DNA of 64,000 nt from an uncultured Bacilli bacterium (GCA_947629235.1 CANRCX010000003.1:9069-73068); one strand, 5' to 3'; numbered from the stretch's first letter, positions 1-10,120 are shown. Numbers and translations are program-made. The notes: generated by a model not told the origin, from the sequence alone.

Positions 1-1010
1 TTGTAGATGCAGTAGGTGGAATTGATGTAGATGTAGACTATGCATTTTGTGAACAAAGTAGTTCAAGAGGATGGGGTAAAAATACAGTATTTGTTGATGC
101 TGGTAGGCAACACTTAAATGGTGAACAAGCACTTGCACTTGCTAGAAATAGACATAAGCCTAATGATGGAAGTAAAACTGGTAAAAAAATGGCACAATAT
201 TGCCCTGATAGAACTTCTGGTAGTAGAAATGACTATCAAAGAGGTAAAAATCAAATGAAAGTCATTATGGGTATAGTAAATGCTGCTACTAAAATAAATG
301 ATCCTAATAAAGCAATAGAAATACTTGAAAAAATCAAATCAAATTTCCAAACTAATATAACTTCAAAAGATGTAATGTCACTTTATAATTTAGGTAAATC
401 ATTAGTAATAACTGATAGTACAAATTTAGTTAATGTACAAAGAATGCAATTAAGTGGATATAGTGTATGGGGTAAAGTATATGATTCAACATCTAAAAGT
501 TATCCTGCTGTTACTATTCCATATAATGGAAGTATAAGTGATATTAAAAAAGAAATCAAAGCAAACTTAAATAATTCTAAAATAACTGCTATTAAAACTA
601 TATCATTTGATATGAGTAATCCATATAAAGATACAGTATTAGGTCAAGATAAATATAGTCAATCTAGTATTGCAACTCTAAAAGATTTATCTTCATCTTC
701 CGTATCAAGCATTAAATCTTATGCAAGTAGTAATGGATTAAAAGTTAAATTTGTTGATATAGATACTAAAGCAGAAGTTAATATTGATGATTGGAGTGAA
801 TATTCATTCTATAGTCAAAAAGAACATAAAGACATTATATTAGATGAACTTGATACAATAACTATTAATGTTAAAAAGAAAGTAGTAAGTACACCAACAG
901 TAGAAGATACAAGTACAAATGATGATACTACTACAGAGACTACACCAAGTGAAAATACTACTACTGAAGAACAACCAGTAGAATCAGATGAAACAGGTGT
1001 TACACAATAG
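1..1010 (+). CDS. LCP (LytR-CpsA-Psr) family cell-wall glycopolymer transferase, 5' end outside window
   Basis: Frame is open from nt 3 (VDAVGGIDVDVDYAFCEQ...VFVDAGRQHLNGEQALALARNRH...GSRNDYQRGKNQ) and continuous with ORF 189..1010. This resembles the conserved LCP domain core. The protein ends in a T/E/S-rich low-complexity tail. Confidence 0.8.
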   Translation, partial: VDAVGGIDVDVDYAFCEQSSSRGWGKNTVFVDAGRQHLNGEQALALARNRHKPNDGSKTGKKMAQYCPDRTSGSRNDYQRGKNQMKVIMGIVNAATKINDPNKAIEILEKIKSNFQTNITSKDVMSLYNLGKSLVITDSTNLVNVQRMQLSGYSVWGKVYDSTSKSYPAVTIPYNGSISDIKKEIKANLNNSKITAIKTISFDMSNPYKDTVLGQDKYSQSSIATLKDLSSSSVSSIKSYASSNGLKVKFVDIDTKAEVNIDDWSEYSFYSQKEHKDIILDELDTITINVKKKVVSTPTVEDTSTNDDTTTETTPSENTTTEEQPVESDETGVTQ

Positions 1011-1031
1011 TCCTAGAAATAGGACTTTTTA
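1009..1031 (+). terminator. intrinsic terminator of LCP gene
   Basis: AGTCCT / AGGACT 6-bp stem overlapping the stop codon, 6-nt loop, then TTTT. Confidence 0.55.
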
Positions 1032-1047
1032 ATTGATTTGGTTGAAA

Positions 1048-1182
1048 TAAAAAAATGATATAACCCCCGGCCAAGTGGCCGAAGACTATATCATTTTATT
1101 ATGAAGAATTAACTTCATATGAGATGTGACCGCGGTAAATTAGTATATATATAAACAAGGTCACCACGACCACATCTCTAAT
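1048..1182 (-). ncRNA. candidate unclassified small RNA (about 134 nt), three hairpins
   Basis: Lies downstream of the orphan minus-strand promoter 1217..1189. Structure: a 16-bp stem (1178..1163 with 1136..1121), a 6-bp hairpin (1118..1101), and an 18-bp GC-rich terminator stem (1094..1077 with 1072..1055) followed by U6AU3. Seven pairs are G-U on the minus-strand RNA but A-C mismatches on the plus strand. No plausible ORF. Confidence 0.5.
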
Positions 1183-1188
1183 AACTAT

Positions 1189-1217
1189 AATATAAAATAA
1201 TTTAACAATTATGTCAA
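1189..1217 (-). promoter_or_regulatory. sigma-A type promoter (TTGACA-17-TATATT) driving the candidate sRNA
   Basis: Reverse complement of 1189..1217 reads TTGACA taattgttaaattattt TATATT. Confidence 0.5.
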
Positions 1218-1330
1218 TAGTAATGTAATACTTTACAATATTAATTCCATATTTATTTATAATTAATAATGAAAAGACTAAAATATTTAAAAATTTAATT
1301 CCTTCTTTTTTTCATTGCCTTTTTAAATAC

Positions 1331-1359
1331 TTGATATAATTTTCTTAATATTATATAAT
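1331..1359 (+). promoter_or_regulatory. promoter of teichoic-acid operon (TTGATA-17-TATAAT)
   Basis: TTGATA 1331..1336, 17-nt spacer, TATAAT 1354..1359. AGGAGG Shine-Dalgarno lies upstream of ATG 1386. Confidence 0.5.
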
Positions 1360-1385
1360 TAATTTAGTGAAAATCAGGAGGTAAA

Positions 1386-2504
1386 ATGATTTTATTTGAT
1401 TATGTAGTTAAATTTACTTGTAATTTTTTATATACTTTTATGAAGTTAAAAAGAACTAATTATAATAAAGTTGTTTTTATAAGTAGATTAAGTAATGAAA
1501 AAACTTTAGATTTTAAATTAATAGAAGAAGAATTAAAGCATCAAAATAAAAATGTTGAATGTGTATTTTTATGTAGAAGAATAGTTAAATTTACTGATGG
1601 TATTTTTAAAAATATTATCTATACTTTAAAGTGTTTATCTAATCTAGCTAATGCTAAAGTATGTATAACAGATTCTTTTACAATAGCAGTATCTTCTGTA
1701 AAACATAAATCTTCATTAAAAGTAATACAAATATGGCATTCAATGGGGGCTATTAAAAAATTTGGATGTCAATCTGTGGATTATGATTTAGGAAGAGATA
1801 AAAAGACATCTAAGATATTGAATATACATGCAAATTATGATTATATAATATCTGGAAGTAAGGAAATGACTAAATATTTTGCTTTAGCATTTGGATATTC
1901 TGAAGATGTATTTTTAAATTATGGACTTCCAAGAATTGATTATTTAATTCATAATCAAGATAAAATTAAAGCTAAAATATTAAAAAAATATAAAGAATTT
2001 AAAAATAAAAAGAATATATTATATGCACCAACTTTTAGAAATTATGAAGTAGATAAAACAAATGAATTAATTGATAGTATTGATAAAGATAAATTTAATT
2101 TAATAATTAAAGCTCATGCTAATCAAAAATTAGATGTAAATAATAGTGTATATACGTGTGATGAGTTTACTGCATTAGATTTACTTTGTGTAAGTGATTA
2201 TGTTATAACTGACTACTCAGGTATAGCAATTGAAGCAGCAAGTATTGATAAGAAAACATTATATTATGTATATGATTATGAACAATATAAAAAAGAAAGT
2301 GGACTTAATATAGATTTATATAAAGAAATGAAAGGTTGTGTGTTTAAAGACTCTAAAGAATTATCAAAATTTTTATCTAAAGATAAATATGATATGCCTA
2401 TATTAAAAAAATATAAAGATAAATATATTGATGTACAAGATGGCTCATCTACTAAAAAAATAGTTAATTTAATTATAGATAATATGAAAGAAGGTAAAGA
2501 ATGA
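1386..2504 (+). CDS. CDP-glycerol glycerophosphotransferase family protein (TagB/TagF family)
   Basis: IQIWHSMGAIKKFG catalytic-His motif and LYAPTFR motif typical of the TagB/TagF family. ATGA overlap with the next gene. Confidence 0.8.
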   Translation: MILFDYVVKFTCNFLYTFMKLKRTNYNKVVFISRLSNEKTLDFKLIEEELKHQNKNVECVFLCRRIVKFTDGIFKNIIYTLKCLSNLANAKVCITDSFTIAVSSVKHKSSLKVIQIWHSMGAIKKFGCQSVDYDLGRDKKTSKILNIHANYDYIISGSKEMTKYFALAFGYSEDVFLNYGLPRIDYLIHNQDKIKAKILKKYKEFKNKKNILYAPTFRNYEVDKTNELIDSIDKDKFNLIIKAHANQKLDVNNSVYTCDEFTALDLLCVSDYVITDYSGIAIEAASIDKKTLYYVYDYEQYKKESGLNIDLYKEMKGCVFKDSKELSKFLSKDKYDMPILKKYKDKYIDVQDGSSTKKIVNLIIDNMKEGKE

Positions 2505-3751
2505 GTAAAGTAATAGAAGTTGTTAAAGGAGTGGCAGTTAAGAATCCATTACTAAGACCAATCGCATATAAAGCAAAATTAGTAAGTCAATCTAATGATT
2601 ATAAAAAATATTATAAAAAATATGAAGTAGATGATAAATTATGTGTTTTTGAAGCTTTTAATGGTAGAAAATATTGTGATAGTCCAAAAGCTATATACTT
2701 AGAAATGTTAAATGATAAAAAATATAAAGATTATAAATTTGTATGGGCATTTAAAGATCCAGAAGAATTTAAATATTTAGAAAAAAATGATAGAACTAAA
2801 ATTGTAAAATATCATTCAAGTGAGTATAAGAAAACTTATGCATCTGCTAAATATTGGTTTACTCCATCTAGACTTCCAGATTATATTAAACCCAAAAAGA
2901 ATCAAGTATATGTTCAATGTTGGCATGGAACACCTCTTAAAAGATTAGGATTTGATATTAAAGTTAAAGGTAAAAATGCAACAAAAAGTGTTAAAGAATG
3001 GAAACAAATTTATGAATATGATGCTAAAAGATATTCATATATGTTATCTCCATCAAAATTTTGTACAGAAAAATTTACAAGTGCATTTAACTTAAAAGAA
3101 ATAGGAAAAGAAGATTGTATAATTGAAGTAGGGTACCCAAGGAATGATGCGCTATTTAAATATAATCAAAAATATGTATCTGATTTAAAGAAAAAATTAA
3201 ACATACCTAAAGATAAAAAAATTATATTATATGCTCCAACTTGGAGAGATGATCAATATAAAGTAGGAGTTGGATATACATATAAATTAGGACTTGATTT
3301 TGATAAATTTAAAAAGAAATTTTCAAAAGATTATGTAATATTATTTAGGACTCATTATTTAGTAGCTTCATCAGTAGATTTATCTAAATATAAAGATTTT
3401 ATTATAGATGTATCAAATTATGATGATATTAATGATTTATATATTCTAGGAGATATATTAATTACAGATTATTCGAGTGTATTCTTTGATTATGCTAATC
3501 TTAAAAAACCAATTTTATATTATATGTATGATTTTGATGATTATAAAAATAATATGAGAGACTTTTATTTTGATATAGATGAGCTTCCAGGACCAATAAT
3601 AAAAACTGAAGAAGAGTTATATAAAGAAATTTCTAATATTGATAAGTATGATGAAAAATATAAAGAAAAATATGAAAAATTTAACAAAAAATTTAATTAT
3701 TTAGATGACGCGTGTGCTAGTAAAAGAGTACTAGATATAGTAATTAAATAA
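2501..3751 (+). CDS. CDP-glycerol glycerophosphotransferase (TagF/TagB family)
   Basis: VQCWHGTPLKRLG and LYAPTWRDD motifs; ITDYSSVFFDY. Confidence 0.85.
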   Translation: MSKVIEVVKGVAVKNPLLRPIAYKAKLVSQSNDYKKYYKKYEVDDKLCVFEAFNGRKYCDSPKAIYLEMLNDKKYKDYKFVWAFKDPEEFKYLEKNDRTKIVKYHSSEYKKTYASAKYWFTPSRLPDYIKPKKNQVYVQCWHGTPLKRLGFDIKVKGKNATKSVKEWKQIYEYDAKRYSYMLSPSKFCTEKFTSAFNLKEIGKEDCIIEVGYPRNDALFKYNQKYVSDLKKKLNIPKDKKIILYAPTWRDDQYKVGVGYTYKLGLDFDKFKKKFSKDYVILFRTHYLVASSVDLSKYKDFIIDVSNYDDINDLYILGDILITDYSSVFFDYANLKKPILYYMYDFDDYKNNMRDFYFDIDELPGPIIKTEEELYKEISNIDKYDEKYKEKYEKFNKKFNYLDDACASKRVLDIVIK

Positions 3752-3768
3752 AAGGAAGGAATTAAAAA

Positions 3769-4224
3769 ATGAAGAGAATATTAACATACGGAACATTTGA
3801 TTTATTACATTATGGACACATAAGATTATTACAAAGAGCTAAAGCTTTAGGAGACTATTTAATAGTGGCTTTGTCTACAGAAGAGTTTAATGAACAAAAG
3901 GGTAAAAAAACATATCATAATTATGAAACAAGAAAGAAAATGTTAGAAGCAATTAGATATGTTGATTTAGTAATACCAGAAGAAAACTGGGAGCAAAAAG
4001 TTAATGATGTTAAAAAATATGAAGTAGATGTAGTCGTTATGGGTAGTGACTGGGCAGGTAGTGATAAATTTGAATACTTAAGAGATTATTGTGATGTAGT
4101 TTATTTAGATAGAACAGAAGGTATATCAACAACTAAAATAAAAGAAGATTTAAAATTGCAAACACCAGTTAATGGAGTAGATCAAATACCAACTCCAAAA
4201 ACTTATAAAAAAACATTAAAATAA
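3769..4224 (+). CDS. tagD: glycerol-3-phosphate cytidylyltransferase
   Basis: ILTYGTFDLLHYGHIRLLQRAKALGDYLIV is near-identical in pattern to the TagD HxGH cytidylyltransferase N-terminus; RTEGISTT. Confidence 0.92.
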   Translation: MKRILTYGTFDLLHYGHIRLLQRAKALGDYLIVALSTEEFNEQKGKKTYHNYETRKKMLEAIRYVDLVIPEENWEQKVNDVKKYEVDVVVMGSDWAGSDKFEYLRDYCDVVYLDRTEGISTTKIKEDLKLQTPVNGVDQIPTPKTYKKTLK

Positions 4225-4238
4225 ATAAAACATTTAAA

Positions 4239-4267
4239 AAACATGCATAATATAAATGTATGTTTTT
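4239..4267 (+). terminator. intrinsic terminator after tagD
   Basis: AAACATGCAT / ATGTATGTTT 10-bp stem (one G-U), 7-nt loop, T-run. Confidence 0.5.
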
Positions 4268-4291
4268 AGTCTGTAAATGAGGTGAATTTTT

Positions 4292-6910
4292 ATGCATAAA
4301 TATTTATTTTCAGTAGTAATTCCAATTTATAATTGTGAAAAATACTTAGATGAAACAATTAATAGTGTTATTAAGCAAACTATAGGATTTGAGAATATTG
4401 AGTTAATATTAGTTAATGATGGTTCAACTGATAATAGTGAAAAAATATGTTTAAAATATAAAAACAAATATAATAATGTTATTTATATAAAACAAAAAAA
4501 TGCTGGAGTATCAGAAGCTAGAAATAGAGGATTAGAAATCGCAACAGGTGAATATATAAATTTCTTAGATAGTGATGATAAGTGGGAAAGAGATGTATTT
4601 AAAAAAGCATATGATCTTTTTACTGGCGATAATGAATTAAATTTTATTGGAGTAAGAGAAAAATTTTTTGAATTTCAACATAATTATCATCCATTAGATT
4701 ATAAATTTGAAAAGAATAAGGATGGAATATATGATATTATAGAACACTTCAATTATATACAAAATAGTGTTTCTAGTTCATTTATAAGAACTAAGATTGC
4801 TAAATTATCAAAATTTGATAAAAGAGTTATGTATAGTGAAGATGCTAAATATTTAAATGAGTTATTTATTAATTCTAAAAGTACAAAATTAGGATTAATA
4901 AGTTCATCACTTTATTTATATAGAAAAAGAAAAGAAGGAAACTCTGCTATTCAAAGCAAAGATTATAGACCAGAGTGGTATAATCAAACAGTTGAATTAT
5001 CTTATAAATATATATTGAATAAATGTGAAAAAGAATTTCCTATATTAAAAAATTATATTCAATATTATATTATGTATGATTATCAATTTAGATTAGAAGC
5101 AAAATTAAATAGATTACAAAATTTAACACCAGAAGATAAAGAAAAATATATTAAGAATTCATTAGAAATAATAAGAAAAATAGATGATAATATTATTTTA
5201 ATTCAAAATAATTTAAAATGGATAAATAAAGAATTATGTTTAATGAAAAAAGATTATACTGAAAAAGAATCTCTAGATAAAATAATGAATTTTTTAGGTA
5301 ATGAAAGTTTTTTATTGGATGCTGATATAAATTTATTAAATATAAAAGAAAATAAATTAATAATTAATGGATTTATTCCACTAATTTATAATAAAAATAT
5401 AAAAGCATTTTATAAATTAAATGGTAGAGAAGAAGAATTAAAATTAACACCACGTCTTTCTTTTACTCATAAAAACATATTTAATGATAATGTAAATGAT
5501 CTTGAATTTAACTGTGAAATCCCATTAACTGATAATAATGAGTTAAGTTTTTATATAAAATATAAAAATAATGAAATAAAGCTATATCCACAATTTGAAT
5601 ATTGGGCAAAAATAGGAAATCATCCAAATGCATATAGACAAATTAATGAATATAATATTACACCTTGTAAAAATATCATAAAAATTAGCAAAAAAGGAAT
5701 GTTAAAAAGCGAAATAAAATTACAAATGTACTTATTAAAAACAAATAAATTAAAATCATTAGTTTATAGAATAGCTTGTTTATTTGCAAAACTTTTTAAA
5801 GGAAAAAAGGAAATTTGGATATTATGTGATAGAAAAAATAAAGCAGGTGATAATGCAGAAGCATTCCTTAAATATTTAAATAAAATAAACAATAATAAAA
5901 TTAAAGTTTATTATGCTATTGATAAGAATTCTCCTGATGAAAAAAGAATTTCAAATTTTGCTAGAGTTTTAAATTTTGGTACTTTAAAATATAAAGTAAT
6001 GTTTACATTAAGTGATAAAATTATATCATCACATGCTGATAAATATGTATTTTCTTGTTTTGGTAAATCTAATCAATATATGTCAAATTTATTAAATTTT
6101 AAATATATATTTTTACAACATGGAATTACGGGAAATGATATGTCAGATTGGTTAAATAAAAATAATTTACCATTTGATATGTTTGTTACATCCCTAAATG
6201 TAGAATACCAAGCAATTATTAGTGATCCAAAATATGGATATGATAAAAATGTAGTAAAATTAACAGGATTTCCTAGATATGATAATTTAATTAATAAGAA
6301 TAAAAAATATCATTCAATATTAATTGCACCTACATGGAGAGCTTACCTTGTTCCACAAATTAAACCAGGTGAACAAGAACGTTTATATAATCCAAATTTT
6401 ATTAACTCAAATTATTATAAATTTTATAATAAACTATTTAATGATGAAGAATTTATTAATACTTTAAAATCATATAATTATAAAATAAAATTTTTCTTAC
6501 ATTATGGCTTAAAAAATCAGTTAAAAGATTTTAAATTAAATGAATATGTAGAAATAATAGAAAATCCTAATTATCAATATGAATTTAATCACAATGATTT
6601 ATTAGTTACTGATTATTCTTCAATATCTTATGATTTTGCATATTTAAAGAAACCTCTAATTTATAATCAATTTGATAAAGAAGAATTTTATAAAGGACAT
6701 ATTTATAATGAAGGTTATTTTAATCATGAAAAAGATGGTTTTGGAAAAGTAGTATATGATTATGATTCTTTGAAAAAAGAAATAATAAATTTAATAAAAA
6801 ATGATTGTAAAAATCCTCAAAAATATGTTGAAAGAGTAGAAAAAACATTTAAGTATACAGATCATAATAATTGTAAAAGAGTATATGAAGAAATATTGAA
6901 ATTAAAATAG
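4292..6910 (+). CDS. bifunctional family-2 glycosyltransferase / CDP-glycerol glycerophosphotransferase fusion
   Basis: N-terminus VVIPIYNCEKYLDETINSV...LVNDGSTDNS...DSDD is GT2. C-terminus FLQHGITGNDMSDW and LIAPTWR, VTDYSSISYDF is TagF-type. Confidence 0.8.
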   Translation: MHKYLFSVVIPIYNCEKYLDETINSVIKQTIGFENIELILVNDGSTDNSEKICLKYKNKYNNVIYIKQKNAGVSEARNRGLEIATGEYINFLDSDDKWERDVFKKAYDLFTGDNELNFIGVREKFFEFQHNYHPLDYKFEKNKDGIYDIIEHFNYIQNSVSSSFIRTKIAKLSKFDKRVMYSEDAKYLNELFINSKSTKLGLISSSLYLYRKRKEGNSAIQSKDYRPEWYNQTVELSYKYILNKCEKEFPILKNYIQYYIMYDYQFRLEAKLNRLQNLTPEDKEKYIKNSLEIIRKIDDNIILIQNNLKWINKELCLMKKDYTEKESLDKIMNFLGNESFLLDADINLLNIKENKLIINGFIPLIYNKNIKAFYKLNGREEELKLTPRLSFTHKNIFNDNVNDLEFNCEIPLTDNNELSFYIKYKNNEIKLYPQFEYWAKIGNHPNAYRQINEYNITPCKNIIKISKKGMLKSEIKLQMYLLKTNKLKSLVYRIACLFAKLFKGKKEIWILCDRKNKAGDNAEAFLKYLNKINNNKIKVYYAIDKNSPDEKRISNFARVLNFGTLKYKVMFTLSDKIISSHADKYVFSCFGKSNQYMSNLLNFKYIFLQHGITGNDMSDWLNKNNLPFDMFVTSLNVEYQAIISDPKYGYDKNVVKLTGFPRYDNLINKNKKYHSILIAPTWRAYLVPQIKPGEQERLYNPNFINSNYYKFYNKLFNDEEFINTLKSYNYKIKFFLHYGLKNQLKDFKLNEYVEIIENPNYQYEFNHNDLLVTDYSSISYDFAYLKKPLIYNQFDKEEFYKGHIYNEGYFNHEKDGFGKVVYDYDSLKKEIINLIKNDCKNPQKYVERVEKTFKYTDHNNCKRVYEEILKLK

Positions 6911-6922
6911 AAAGGTAAAAAT

Positions 6923-7876
6923 ATGAAAGTAAGTATAATAGTACCAGTATATAATACAGAACTTTATTTAAAAGAATGTTTAGATTCTTTATTAAATCAA
7001 ACTATTAAAAATTATGAAGTTATTGTTATTGATGATGGTTCTACTGATAATAGTCTTAAAATAATAAAAGAATATCATGAAAAACATCCCAAAATTATAA
7101 AATATAAATCTATTAAAAATAGTGGTGTTTCAAATGCTAGGAATGTAGGTTTAAGTATGGCAAAAGGTGAATATATAGGTTTTGTTGATAGTGATGATTA
7201 TATAGATAAAGATATGTATTTAAAATTATATAATAAAGCTACTCTAGAAAAATCTGATATAGCACTTTGTGGATATTATAAATCAAATGGTAAAGAATTA
7301 GAATTATGTAAAATGCAAGGAAATAATGAATTTGGAAGTAGTATTAAAAAGAATCCAGAATTAATAAAATATTCGTATGCATTTGCAGCAGTTCATTTAT
7401 TTAAAAAAGAATTAATTGATAAAAATAAAATAATTTTTGAAGACTATAAAATATTTGAAGATTTATTATTTACTTATAAGTCTTATAAACATGCAAATAA
7501 AATAGTTAAAGTATTTGAACCATTATATTATTATAGAACAAGAAATGATGGAACTTCTGTAACACAAGGATTTTCTAAAAATTATACTCAAATATTTGAT
7601 GTTATGAATGAACTAAAAGAATATTATGAAGGTTATATTTCACAAGAATATATAACATATTTAGCATTAAAACATATATTTATAAGATTTAGAACTAAAA
7701 CAAGTTTAAAAAAACTTATTACTAAATATAAATTTGTAAATAAATCATTTAAATATTTAGATGATTTTGATAGTAATTGGAAAGAAAATTCATTTTTTGA
7801 AAGTCATAAGAAAAGTAAACATTTTAGTACTTTATACTGGATTATAGCTCCTATGAAAGTTGGAACTACTAAATAA
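6923..7876 (+). CDS. family-2 glycosyltransferase
   Basis: IIVPVYNTELYLKECLDSLLNQT...VIDDGSTDNS...FVDSDD. Confidence 0.85.
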   Translation: MKVSIIVPVYNTELYLKECLDSLLNQTIKNYEVIVIDDGSTDNSLKIIKEYHEKHPKIIKYKSIKNSGVSNARNVGLSMAKGEYIGFVDSDDYIDKDMYLKLYNKATLEKSDIALCGYYKSNGKELELCKMQGNNEFGSSIKKNPELIKYSYAFAAVHLFKKELIDKNKIIFEDYKIFEDLLFTYKSYKHANKIVKVFEPLYYYRTRNDGTSVTQGFSKNYTQIFDVMNELKEYYEGYISQEYITYLALKHIFIRFRTKTSLKKLITKYKFVNKSFKYLDDFDSNWKENSFFESHKKSKHFSTLYWIIAPMKVGTTK

Positions 7877-7932
7877 TAGGTTTCTTTACAAAGTAATACT
7901 AATATGATAAAATTTAATCGCGAGGAGTTTAT

Positions 7933-8721
7933 ATGAAAAGATTTATAAATGATGTAAAAAAATATAAAAATTATATTATATATGCAACTAAAGCAGAATT
8001 AAAAACAGAAGTTATTAATTCATATTTAGGATGGTTATGGATGATTTTAGAACCTCTTGCTTTTATGCTTATATATATGTTTATAGCAGTAATAGTATTC
8101 AAATCAAAAGTAGAGTATTTTCCAATATTTGTATTTATTGGTTTAACTGTATGGAATTTCTTTAATAAAATGGTAACATCTAGTGTAAAATTAGTATCTA
8201 CAAATAGAGATACAGTTACAAAAGTTTATTTACCTAAATTTGTATTATTATTTGTTAAAATGGGAGTAAACTTATTTAAAATGTTTGTATCATTCTTATT
8301 AGTTGGTATATTTATGATTATATATAAAGTACCAGTGACATGGAATATATTATGGTTTTTACCAATTGTTTTAACTGCAATAGTTGTTACATTTGGTGTA
8401 TGTACGATTATACTTCATTTTGGTGTTTTTGCAGAAGATTTAAGTAATTTAGTAAATATTGCTCTTAGAATGGTATTTTATATGACTGGTATATTTTATG
8501 ATTTAGCAACTAGAATTACAAATCCTGTTTATAGAACAATACTTCTTGATTTAAATCCACTTGCTAATATAATATTTAATTTAAGAAATATATTAATATA
8601 TAGTGCTCCACCAGTTGGACTTTGGACATTAATTTGGTTCTTTATAGGACTATTACTTAGTGCAATTGGAATTAAAACTATATATAAATATGAGAATACA
8701 TATGTGAAGGTGATGAAATAA
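7933..8721 (+). CDS. tagG: teichoic-acid export ABC transporter permease (ABC-2 type)
   Basis: Six-TM ABC-2 permease adjacent to the tagH-like ATPase in a teichoic-acid locus. Confidence 0.75.
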   Translation: MKRFINDVKKYKNYIIYATKAELKTEVINSYLGWLWMILEPLAFMLIYMFIAVIVFKSKVEYFPIFVFIGLTVWNFFNKMVTSSVKLVSTNRDTVTKVYLPKFVLLFVKMGVNLFKMFVSFLLVGIFMIIYKVPVTWNILWFLPIVLTAIVVTFGVCTIILHFGVFAEDLSNLVNIALRMVFYMTGIFYDLATRITNPVYRTILLDLNPLANIIFNLRNILIYSAPPVGLWTLIWFFIGLLLSAIGIKTIYKYENTYVKVMK

Positions 8722-9458
8722 TGAAAAAACAAGAAATAGCAATATCAGTTAATGATTTACATGTGTATTATAGAGATATGAAAAGATTTTCTCTTAAAAA
8801 AGGTTTTAAAGATAAAGGTAGTGGAAAAATATTTAAAGCAGTAAAAGGTGTATCTTTTGAAGTACCAAAAGGTCAGATACTTGGTATTTGTGGTAAAAAT
8901 GGTAGTGGTAAAAGTACATTATTAAGAGCAATATCTGGTATATTTTCACCTGATAAAGGTAGTATTAATTTACATGGTAATTCAATATCATTACTATCTA
9001 TTGGAGTTGGATTTCAAAAACAATTAACTGGATATGAAAATATATATTTATCAGGTATGTTACTTGGTTATAATAAAGCACAAATTGATGAAAAAGTAGA
9101 TGAAATAATAGAGTTTTCTGAACTTGGTGAATTTATATATAGACCAGTTAGAAGTTACTCAAGTGGAATGTACTCAAAACTTGCATTCTCAATAACAGCA
9201 ATATTAGAAACTGATATAATGTTAATTGATGAAGTTCTAAGTGTAGGAGATGTACATTTTAAAGAAAAAAGTTATAATAAAATGAAAGAATTAATAAGTG
9301 ATTCTAATAGAACAGTAGTAATCGTATCACATAGTACAAATACAATAGTAGACTTATGTGATAAAGTTATTTGGCTACATGATGGATTAATAAAAGATGA
9401 AGGTGATCCAGCTAAGATAATGGCTAAATATGAAGAATTTATGAGAGAAAATGCATAA
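8721..9458 (+). CDS. tagH: teichoic-acid export ABC transporter ATP-binding protein
   Basis: Walker A GKNGSGKSTLL, signature YSSGMYSKLAF, Walker B IMLIDEVLSVGD. Confidence 0.8.
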   Translation: MKKQEIAISVNDLHVYYRDMKRFSLKKGFKDKGSGKIFKAVKGVSFEVPKGQILGICGKNGSGKSTLLRAISGIFSPDKGSINLHGNSISLLSIGVGFQKQLTGYENIYLSGMLLGYNKAQIDEKVDEIIEFSELGEFIYRPVRSYSSGMYSKLAFSITAILETDIMLIDEVLSVGDVHFKEKSYNKMKELISDSNRTVVIVSHSTNTIVDLCDKVIWLHDGLIKDEGDPAKIMAKYEEFMRENA

Positions 9459-9474
9459 AAAGTAGGGTGATAAA

Positions 9475-10059
9475 ATGAATATTTATGATTTTGATGGAAC
9501 AATTTATGATGGAGATTCTTGTAAGGATATAGTTAAGTATGGTTTAAAAAAATACTTTAAAATTACTTATGCTTCATTAAAAAAAGCTAAAAGTTTAAAT
9601 AAAGATTATAAAAATGGCTTAGTAGAATTTGAAAAAGTAAAAGAAGAATTATTATCTTTTATATTTAAAATTCCTAATTATCCTAAATTCATAAATGATT
9701 TTGTAAATGCTCATATGAAAAAGATAAAACCATGGTATAATTCTAGAAAAACAGCAAATGATGTAATAGTAAGTGCATCTTATGATTTATGGGTAAAAGT
9801 ATTTGCAAGAAATCTTGGAGTTAATTTTGTTATCGCGACACAAACAGATGCAGAAGGTAAAATAATAGGTAAAAATTGTAAAGGTGAAGAAAAAGTAAGA
9901 AAATTTAGAAATATATTCCAAGATGCTCAAGTATCTTGTGTATATACTGATTCAGCTTCTGATTTACCACTTCTTAAACTTGGAAATACTGCATATGTAG
10001 TAGAAGGAAATAAACTTATAACTTATAACTATAATTATAAATTTAAAAATAATAAATAG
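9475..10059 (+). CDS. HAD-superfamily hydrolase (HAD-IB-like)
   Basis: N-terminal IYDFDGTIYDGDS DxDGT motif and C-terminal YTDSASDLPLL. Confidence 0.6.
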   Translation: MNIYDFDGTIYDGDSCKDIVKYGLKKYFKITYASLKKAKSLNKDYKNGLVEFEKVKEELLSFIFKIPNYPKFINDFVNAHMKKIKPWYNSRKTANDVIVSASYDLWVKVFARNLGVNFVIATQTDAEGKIIGKNCKGEEKVRKFRNIFQDAQVSCVYTDSASDLPLLKLGNTAYVVEGNKLITYNYNYKFKNNK

Positions 10060-10070
10060 CATAATTAAAA

Positions 10071-10108
10071 AGATATGTAAACAAAAAAAGGTTGACATAT
10101 CTTTTTTT
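10071..10108 (+). terminator. intrinsic terminator ending the teichoic-acid operon
   Basis: AGATATGT / ACATATCT stem with flanking A and T runs; overlaps the rpsP -35 box. Confidence 0.45.
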
Positions 10109-10120
10109 ATGTAGTAATAT
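10092..10120 (+). promoter_or_regulatory. rpsP promoter (TTGACA-17-TAATAT)
   Basis: TTGACA 10092..10097, 17-nt spacer, TAATAT 10115..10120. Confidence 0.6.
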
